The notes beneath the pieces were generated by a model, which was given only the letters and a program-made list of their open reading frames with translations, did no database searches and was not told the DNA's origin. A DNA stretch of 64,000 bases from Nitrospirota bacterium (lineage in GTDB: Bacteria; Nitrospirota; Nitrospiria; Nitrospirales; Nitrospiraceae): the NCBI GenBank assembly GCA_963701855.1, contig CAVPBK010000006.1:256001-320000 (forward strand), in the 5' to 3' direction. The first letter of the stretch is position 1, and the number at the start of each line of letters is the position of its first letter. The position numbers and the translations under genes were made by a program. This document shows positions 57,001 through 64,000 of this stretch, piece after piece.

Positions 57001-58212
57001 ATGAAACTGCTCCTTGTCGCCGGTGCGCGACCGAATTTCATGAAAATCGCCTCGATCGTCGTGGCACTCGACACACACAATCTCGGCGCGAAGAAGCGGA
57101 TCGACTATCTCCTGATCCATACAGGACAGCATTACGACGAGAAGATGTCCCAAACCTTCTTCCGGGAACTGGACCTGCCCAGGCCGGCTGTGGATCTGGA
57201 GGTCGGGTCCGGAACGCACGCGGCTCAGACCGCAGAGATCATGAAACGGTTTGAACCGGTGCTGGTCAAGGAACGACCAGATGCGGTTATCCTCGTCGGC
57301 GACGTCAACTCGACCATCGCCTGTGCGCTCGTTGCCTCGAAGATCGTCTACCCAGATGGAACGGACACGTCAGACCGAACCCGCCCATTCATCGTTCATG
57401 TCGAGGCAGGGTTGCGCAGCCGGGATCGCTCGATGCCGGAGGAGATCAACCGTATATTGACTGACGCCTTATCGGACCTGCTCTTTGTTACGGAGCAGAG
57501 CGCCGTTCATAACTTGCGAAGCGAAGGCATCACCCGCAACCGCATCCACCTCGTCGGCAATACGATGGTAGATACCTTGCTGCGCCATCAGGACCGCGCG
57601 GAACAATCTGCCATTCTGCAACGACTCGGCCTCGCAGGATCTGATTCAGACAAACAGGCAGTCCTGCCCTACGGCGTCGTGACGCTGCATCGACCGGGCA
57701 ATGTCGACGACCCAACCGCCTTTCGAAACATTCTCGACGCCTTGCTCACCATCGGACAGAGGCTGCCCCTCGTGTTTCCGGTCCATCCGCGAACCGTCTC
57801 CCGTATCCAGGAGTTCGGCCTTGCCGGCCAATGCCCCCTGCTGGCGCCACATGAGACAGTTCAAGATATCAAAGCAGGTTTGTATTGCATCGAGCCGCTG
57901 AGCTATCTCCATTTTCTCAAGCTGATGTCGAAGGCGAGAATCGTCCTCACGGACTCGGGAGGGATTCAGGAGGAAACGACGATGTTGGGCGTCCCTTGCG
58001 TCACCCTGCGGAATAACACAGAACGGCCTGTGACAGTCTCCGAGGGCACCAACGTGCTGGCAGGAACGTCGAAAGAGGCCATCGTGCGGCAGGCCTTCAG
58101 GCAGTTGAAGCGACGGGTGCAACGAACAAGGCCGCGCTTCTGGGACGGCAAAGCTGGACACCGCATCGTCAAAGTCCTCTCAAAAGCCATTCTCGCTACC
58201 CGCAAATCCTAA
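57001..58212 (+). CDS. wecB: UDP-N-acetylglucosamine 2-epimerase (non-hydrolysing)
   Basis: GARPNFMK, HTGQHYD, GDVNST, HVEAGLRS, MPEEINR, TDSGGIQEE, TERP. Confidence 0.93.
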   Translation: MKLLLVAGARPNFMKIASIVVALDTHNLGAKKRIDYLLIHTGQHYDEKMSQTFFRELDLPRPAVDLEVGSGTHAAQTAEIMKRFEPVLVKERPDAVILVGDVNSTIACALVASKIVYPDGTDTSDRTRPFIVHVEAGLRSRDRSMPEEINRILTDALSDLLFVTEQSAVHNLRSEGITRNRIHLVGNTMVDTLLRHQDRAEQSAILQRLGLAGSDSDKQAVLPYGVVTLHRPGNVDDPTAFRNILDALLTIGQRLPLVFPVHPRTVSRIQEFGLAGQCPLLAPHETVQDIKAGLYCIEPLSYLHFLKLMSKARIVLTDSGGIQEETTMLGVPCVTLRNNTERPVTVSEGTNVLAGTSKEAIVRQAFRQLKRRVQRTRPRFWDGKAGHRIVKVLSKAILATRKS

Positions 58213-58326
58213 TTCGCGCTTATCGATCCTTATTCGTTCTTCCTTCTCAACTCGAAGGTTTATGTGTGGATTGAGAGATGGATGAGACCCTAAACATCCC
58301 GAAGAGCAATCTGCGAAGCCGTTGAT

Positions 58327-59061
58327 TTAAGAAGAGCGATCTTTTTGTGCAGTGACTAAAAACATCGTGGCCATCCGTCGACCACGGTAGCTGCGAAAGA
58401 AGTTTTCTGAGAATTTCTGCAAAGGCAGAGAAAAATATTCCTCTTCATTTATTTTATAGCCAAATGCGGCCAGTAATGTATTAACACGGCCTGGATCAAA
58501 CTGGTGCCGTTGATGTTGCAGATATGAATCCTGCAACGCCAGAAATGGTCGAAGCGTGCGCTCAAAGATCCGAAAGAGAGAAAGACGATTAGGAAGAGAA
58601 AGAAGAAGAATCCCTCCTGGCTTTAAAATGGAATGGAACTGACGTAGCACTCTCTCATAATCAGAAACGTATTCCATTACGCTCGAACATATGATTAACC
58701 CGGCGGAATTCTCGTAAACCTTGGTTAATTCCTCTGAGAGGGGAAGAGAAGCGAGGATATACTCGGTTCGTGATCCAACTCCTTCCTCAACAGCTCGATG
58801 TCTCGCCAGTGCAAGCATTGCTTCACTCTGATCAAAGCCAACTATGCGAATCCCCCGGGCTGCGACCTGCCTGCTAATCGATCCATCACCGCATCCCATG
58901 TCCAGACAGAGTGACTTGCCTGGTATATGTGTAAAACTTTTTTCTATGGCCCGTTGCCACACCTTCAAACGCTCTTTGAATGCAGGAGAGTCCGAATAGT
59001 TAGAGATGAACGTGGTAGCCTTTCGATTAAAATGGGCTGTGACACTTTCTGGCCTCTTCAT
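58327..59061 (-). CDS. Class I SAM-dependent methyltransferase
   Basis: LDMGCGDG, GFDQSEAML, LKPGG. Confidence 0.85.
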   Translation of the reverse strand: MKRPESVTAHFNRKATTFISNYSDSPAFKERLKVWQRAIEKSFTHIPGKSLCLDMGCGDGSISRQVAARGIRIVGFDQSEAMLALARHRAVEEGVGSRTEYILASLPLSEELTKVYENSAGLIICSSVMEYVSDYERVLRQFHSILKPGGILLLSLPNRLSLFRIFERTLRPFLALQDSYLQHQRHQFDPGRVNTLLAAFGYKINEEEYFSLPLQKFSENFFRSYRGRRMATMFLVTAQKDRSS

Positions 59062-59126
59062 AATGCCTCATCCGGTTTGATCAAATACTCCCACGATGCC
59101 GCACATACAAATTTTCTTTTACCCTA

Positions 59127-60317
59127 TCAGGCCCGATGCCGTTCAGTCTGGCCCACTCTAGCGGCTGCAACTCGTAGGTGAGGATGTTGCCCTCCAGACG
59201 CCATTGTAAGGAGATCGCCCAAATCCTTAATGAATCGTTCGCTGGTATAGAACCGCTCGAACCGCTCCCGGGCATTCCGACCCATCCGCTCGACCTCTTC
59301 CGGATGGTCGAGGAACCAGAGAATGCGATCAGTCAGATGGTGAAGATCATTGCACCGCACCTCGAATCCGCACTCTCCCTCAATCACGGTATCCCTCAGG
59401 CAGCCTCGGTCCGTAAACAGCACCGGCAGCCCTGAAGCCATCGCTTCGAGCACGACAAGGGGTTGACCCTCTTGCTGTATTCCGGGAAACACGAACAGGT
59501 CTGCCGATGAATAGATGGACCGTTTATGTTCAACAGTGTTAACGGGACCGGTGAATTCGACATGGTTGCTGAGTCCATGCTGCGCAACGAACGCTTCCGC
59601 CTCCCGTCGATCTTCTTCATGTAGCCAGGGACCGGCGAAAATGAATTCCACGTCCTGCCTAATCTTCAAGACCATCGGGATCGCAGCCAGCAAGACCGAC
59701 GCGCCCTTCAGCCGGCTCAAGGTGCTCAAATGCAAAATCCGATACCGGCGTGGTTTGTGCGGGTTGGGGATCGGCTTGTGGACAGCCGGCCAGTCGATCC
59801 CATTCGGCACCACCGCGATCCTAGAAGGCGCGATGACGCTGGCAAAGAGATGACGGAGCGACTCGCCCAGGACGGCCACATGGGACACGCGGCGGAACAC
59901 CATCCGCACATACAACTTCATCGGATACGAACGACCATCGTACCAGCCTTTGAAATTCCCTCCATGGAGGTGAAAGATCACAGAAGCGCCCGCAATCCAG
60001 GCCGGCAGCATAAAGAAACTGTCTCGCAGAAAACCGATGGTCGACTGGGATATCGGCAAGTAGGCAACCGCTGGCCGCTCCTTTCGCAGAATCGCGAGTA
60101 GTTTCCACCACTGTTTGAGGAACAACACGACGTCGTAGAAATCAGGTTTGTCCACATGCTGAATTCCGCGTCGATCAGCTAGATCGAGATGTTCCAACCG
60201 GAATCGCTCACGAAGAGGAGATTTCAGAATGGCTTCTGTCGCCAGACTCACGCCGTGAAACGGCGGCGGGGTCGGCCCAATGATTACGACTATTGGAACC
60301 TCAGGCGTCGTGATCAT
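59127..60317 (-). CDS. Glycosyltransferase family 4
   Basis: GPTPPPFHG, HLHGG, VVPNG, EGQPLVVLEAMASGLP. Confidence 0.9.
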   Translation of the reverse strand: MITTPEVPIVVIIGPTPPPFHGVSLATEAILKSPLRERFRLEHLDLADRRGIQHVDKPDFYDVVLFLKQWWKLLAILRKERPAVAYLPISQSTIGFLRDSFFMLPAWIAGASVIFHLHGGNFKGWYDGRSYPMKLYVRMVFRRVSHVAVLGESLRHLFASVIAPSRIAVVPNGIDWPAVHKPIPNPHKPRRYRILHLSTLSRLKGASVLLAAIPMVLKIRQDVEFIFAGPWLHEEDRREAEAFVAQHGLSNHVEFTGPVNTVEHKRSIYSSADLFVFPGIQQEGQPLVVLEAMASGLPVLFTDRGCLRDTVIEGECGFEVRCNDLHHLTDRILWFLDHPEEVERMGRNARERFERFYTSERFIKDLGDLLTMASGGQHPHLRVAAARVGQTERHRA

Positions 60318-60389
60318 AACTTCAAGTTCAATCGATCTTTTTCTGTTGATTGCAGACCATTAGTACAACCAGAATGAAAACATTGGCAG

Positions 60390-61628
60390 CTATGCTTGCC
60401 CTCTATCTCTCCCGATATCCAGAATGAGATCACAAATCGACCCGGAAGTTTGGCGCAATGAACTCGCGGACCCAACGCATTCCTCCCGAAGCTCGACAGG
60501 CAGGTTCAGCCCTGATTCAATCCCCCGAACAAGTTCATCCACCGTTCGATTTTCAAGAAGGAATCCTGATCGACCGTCGTGGATTACAAATGGTGCAATC
60601 CCAACACGAGTGCTAACCACCGGTGTTCCGCAGGCCAGCGACTCCAAAATCGTAAAGCACAGGCTTTCCTGCTCCGACGCGACAACAGTCAAAGCAGCAC
60701 TGTTGTATAGCACCGGCAATTCCTCATGAGGAATCCTGCCTAGAAAGCGAACACAGGTGCCAAGATTTACTGCTTCGACTTGTTTGCGAAGCGAGTCCTC
60801 TTCTTCACCATTTCCGGCAACCAATAAGAAAATATCAGACCTCATACGCCTCAAGCGCATCACCGCCTCAATGATCAGGTGGACTCCCTTCAGTCGAGTC
60901 AACCTCCCGACATAGAGCAACACCCTGCCACCTTGAGGAATGCCGTATCGATTCTTTGTAGCGCTCCGAACCTCCGGTGAAATAGGCTTGAACAGCTCCG
61001 CATCCGCCATCCCCCAAAACAAGTGGATATCCTGAGCCCTTGCAGGCCACCGGGTACGATAAGCCTCGTAACATTGTTGGTCTATACAGACAAACTGACC
61101 CGCACAGGAGCCAATCTGATTGATCATAGTTGTGTAGAGCCTCCTGAATGCCGATGTTCGACAAATCCAGTACCTGGAATACTGTGCCCCCCACTCTTCG
61201 GTACCGTGCGCGTGGTAAACGATGCGTGCCTGCTGAGCCGGCATGAGAGGATATAATTCAGGGGCGTGCAGGTAGAGAACGTCAAACGACCGTTGTGTCA
61301 CAAGGTACCGATTGCGCAGGCATGACCAAAACATCTTGGCCCTGAGAGGAATGAGTGGACGATGACCATTCACCTCCATCTCAGTCAACTTGCACAAAGG
61401 GATAAACGGATAAGACACACCATGGATGGTTCGCCTATACACATTGCCAACAGTTTCGCCTTGTCTCCAGCACAGACCAAATAAGGTAATGTTAAAAGGA
61501 TAATCCTTTGTGGACTTCAGAATATTCTTGACAGCCGTCAACATACCTCCGGTAGGCCGCTCCTCAAAGTCGCTAGGCAAGATAACAGCTACGTTAACCA
61601 GGGAGGATATAGACTTCGTCAACTTCAT
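60390..61628 (-). CDS. Glycosyltransferase family 4
   Basis: YVGRLTRLKG, ESLCFTILESLACGTPVVST. Confidence 0.88.
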   Translation of the reverse strand: MKLTKSISSLVNVAVILPSDFEERPTGGMLTAVKNILKSTKDYPFNITLFGLCWRQGETVGNVYRRTIHGVSYPFIPLCKLTEMEVNGHRPLIPLRAKMFWSCLRNRYLVTQRSFDVLYLHAPELYPLMPAQQARIVYHAHGTEEWGAQYSRYWICRTSAFRRLYTTMINQIGSCAGQFVCIDQQCYEAYRTRWPARAQDIHLFWGMADAELFKPISPEVRSATKNRYGIPQGGRVLLYVGRLTRLKGVHLIIEAVMRLRRMRSDIFLLVAGNGEEEDSLRKQVEAVNLGTCVRFLGRIPHEELPVLYNSAALTVVASEQESLCFTILESLACGTPVVSTRVGIAPFVIHDGRSGFLLENRTVDELVRGIESGLNLPVELREECVGSASSLRQTSGSICDLILDIGRDRGQA

Positions 61629-61938
61629 ACACTCGCTCAAGTAAATCTGATTATGATCCTGGTGCAAGCAAACCCAGATAAAACACAATGTCCTTGCACA
61701 CTTTTGTCCAAAGGATACGAATCGCGGTGTCTGAACGAAGAGCTATCACTTCAAGCCATCATCGGAATACATAACCTTCGTGGTAATTTCTTTCGTTTGC
61801 CCACAAACTAAGAAATCCTTCCCTCTTTCCCTCAAACCCTGGAGCGATCTCTTCAGAAGAGAATTCAATCTCATAGATTTTGTCTCCGTGAAAACACTTC
61901 TCGATCCCTCTTTTTAGCAGGGGGGCCTGCATCGTGCG

Positions 61939-63483
61939 TTAAGTGAATTGGTTGAACCGACGCTTCAATTGAAGCAGAACGGCCCTGTCCCCCTCATGAA
62001 GCCCAAGGGCAAAAAGGAAACCGACATAAGACAGAATGAAGAACCCAAGCAGCACGGCAATATGAGACAATAAAGGCATATACCTAACGGTTAAGACAAG
62101 CAATAAGGCAGCTGCTCCTGCTGCCAATGGCTTGTAGATGGTCGAGTCAAAAGGCCAGATGTCGAGAATATGATGAACCTGAACAGTGCGTAAGATGACG
62201 GTCAGCACAAGGCTGGCGCTGGTCGCAAAAGTAGCCCCAATGATTCCGTAGGAGGGGATCAAAATGAGATAGAGTCCGATCTGAACAGCGGAGACTGCGA
62301 TGCTGTTCCACATAACGAGTTTCGAATGTCCGGCCCATAACAACATGCCGTGGCTGCATCCCGTGACCGAATAGAGAAATTGTCCGACCGCAAGAATGAT
62401 GAGACAGACAGCCCCGGATTCGAAGCGGTTCCCGAACAGACTCATGATGTCCTTCGCGAACACCGCCATAACGATGCAGAGAGGAAGCGTTCCCGTCACA
62501 GTCCAACGTAGCACCGTTCCTGTCAGTGAGCGGATCTGGCTTGGATCGTTTTTCGATATGCTCTCCGAGAGGAACGGGGTCGCGATGGATTCTAATGTCC
62601 CTAGCACCAGAGCCATAATGGCGGAGGTCTGGAAGGCTGCACTGTAGATGCCAACATCCTCCATTGAAGACCAAAAGCCGAGGAGGAGGACATCAGATCG
62701 TGTGGCAAGACCGTTAAAGACCAGCCCACCGAGCAGGGGCAGGGAGTACCGTAACACGTCCCGGTAGGCGATGCCGGAAGGACGTGCATCGCTCCCATTC
62801 GACAATAGACGGTGCAAAGGCAAGATGGCGAATATCGTCGTCAGGCCCAACGCGACAGGAAGAGCCACTAACGCTGACATCAGACCCCAACCCCACCATA
62901 CGAGAACCAGCGTGACTGCAACCTTCACGACCGGTTCGCACAAATATTTAACGGAAGTTCGCCAGCGAACCTCTCGAAAGGCCTGCAGTACTGCTAGAGA
63001 AACTGTTGAAACAACTAGCAGTGGAATGGAAAGGGCGAAGAGCTTCAGTACACTCGATGCTTCGTCATTGTGGAAGAAACGGGTGGCGAGCGTGTCGGAA
63101 CTCAACAGCAAGGCCGCGGCAGATAGGATGCCGAGACCTGCGGCCAGAACCAGAGCCGCTCGAATGATTCTCCCGATTCCGGCAGCATCACTCTGAACGC
63201 GCAGCGTCGGGACAAACCTAAGAACAGCGGTGTCGAGGCCGGCCAAGGCAATGACGGACAGGAGGTTGAAGCAACCGAGCCCGAGCGCATAAAATCCGAA
63301 CTGTTCGGGACCCAGCACCCTGGCCAGGATAATTGCATAAAGATAGTTGAGGCCAAGCCCTAAGAAGGTAACGACAAAAAGCATCGCGGATCCCCCAGCG
63401 ATCCTGGCCAATGCCTGATCGGAAGGTAACCGCGAAGTGTTTATCTCAATACGTGGTATGCCGATGCCAAGATCAAGAGCCAT
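61939..63483 (-). CDS. Wzx-type polysaccharide flippase
   Basis: LARVLGPEQFG, DVLLLG...VGIYSAA, LIPSYGIIGA; multiple transmembrane helices. Confidence 0.88.
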   Translation of the reverse strand: MALDLGIGIPRIEINTSRLPSDQALARIAGGSAMLFVVTFLGLGLNYLYAIILARVLGPEQFGFYALGLGCFNLLSVIALAGLDTAVLRFVPTLRVQSDAAGIGRIIRAALVLAAGLGILSAAALLLSSDTLATRFFHNDEASSVLKLFALSIPLLVVSTVSLAVLQAFREVRWRTSVKYLCEPVVKVAVTLVLVWWGWGLMSALVALPVALGLTTIFAILPLHRLLSNGSDARPSGIAYRDVLRYSLPLLGGLVFNGLATRSDVLLLGFWSSMEDVGIYSAAFQTSAIMALVLGTLESIATPFLSESISKNDPSQIRSLTGTVLRWTVTGTLPLCIVMAVFAKDIMSLFGNRFESGAVCLIILAVGQFLYSVTGCSHGMLLWAGHSKLVMWNSIAVSAVQIGLYLILIPSYGIIGATFATSASLVLTVILRTVQVHHILDIWPFDSTIYKPLAAGAAALLLVLTVRYMPLLSHIAVLLGFFILSYVGFLFALGLHEGDRAVLLQLKRRFNQFT

Positions 63484-63493
63484 GATCGAGTTC

Positions 63494-64000
63494 TTACTTC
63501 GCCTCTATACCCATTGGAGTGGCTGGCGGCTTAAACGGACCGGCCTTGACTGCTGCGATCTGCTCGTCTGATAGCCACTTGTACTCATAGACCCCGACCC
63601 CACTCTGCGGCCAACTCCGTAGAATAGTGCTAATTGTCTCGGCGAACCACTTCCCATCGCGCGAGTAATACTTGCCAGGGATCCGCATTTCATCGCTGGT
63701 GGACACATTAGAGATAACGATGGTCAATGCATCAGAATTTTTCAAAAGCCCGCGAATCTTGTCCGTCAACTTGACATCAATGTCCCGGTAGTAGGCCATC
63801 CGACAGAGCACGTCCACCAGTCCCTTGTTCACCCAGTCGATACTGTTCTGTCCCTGATCCGTGCCGGCAATGAGCGGGATCACGTCCGCGCTGATTACGA
63901 TATTAGGTTTGATGGCCCGAACTCGCTGTGCGATTTCCTCCACCAGTGCAGCGACGTCCGACTCCTGATACTCGACCAGCGTCGGCACTCGTCCAAACGT
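63494..64000 (-). CDS. C-terminal part of a probable GHL10 (DUF187)-like glycoside hydrolase (runs off window end)
   Basis: VRAIKPNIVISADV, GQNSIDWVNKGLVDVLCRMAY; frame open to 64000. Confidence 0.6.
   Translation of the reverse strand, partial: TFGRVPTLVEYQESDVAALVEEIAQRVRAIKPNIVISADVIPLIAGTDQGQNSIDWVNKGLVDVLCRMAYYRDIDVKLTDKIRGLLKNSDALTIVISNVSTSDEMRIPGKYYSRDGKWFAETISTILRSWPQSGVGVYEYKWLSDEQIAAVKAGPFKPPATPMGIEAK

Overview
Bacterial chromosomal window, most likely Nitrospira (inferred from the UBact-type modifier sequence and the style of the intergenic repeats). It has four blocks. (1) 1-8.8 kb, minus strand: a complete Pup-like proteasome operon (arc-dop-ubact-prcB-prcA-pafA) preceded by HD-like, yjbQ and htrA genes. 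(2) 9-16 kb: accessory genes, an intact IS1202/ISNCY-type element with 16-bp target duplications, and an arsR-arsI-arsC operon with no efflux pump. (3) 16-38 kb: a phosphate-starvation island with a PhoB-like regulator, PhoX-like phosphatase, mgsA, phoU, ppk1, pstS, an OprO/P-like porin, an atypical second regulator and several unknown genes. Many promoters here share a 7-bp direct repeat (about NNTAACA) in 11-bp phase, often 16 bp before the -10 hexamer. (4) 38-64 kb: an exosortase/PEP-CTERM-associated exopolysaccharide locus with a PIN toxin-antitoxin pair, wecB, glycosyltransferases and a flippase; its promoter carries the same phased repeats. Four genes contain frameshifts, three of them repairable by adding one base to a short homopolymer, so these may be assembly errors. 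Intergenic DNA holds several families of MITE-like and 7/9-mer palindromic repeats. No rRNA, tRNA or CRISPR array was seen. All assignments were made by eye from motifs; no database search was run.
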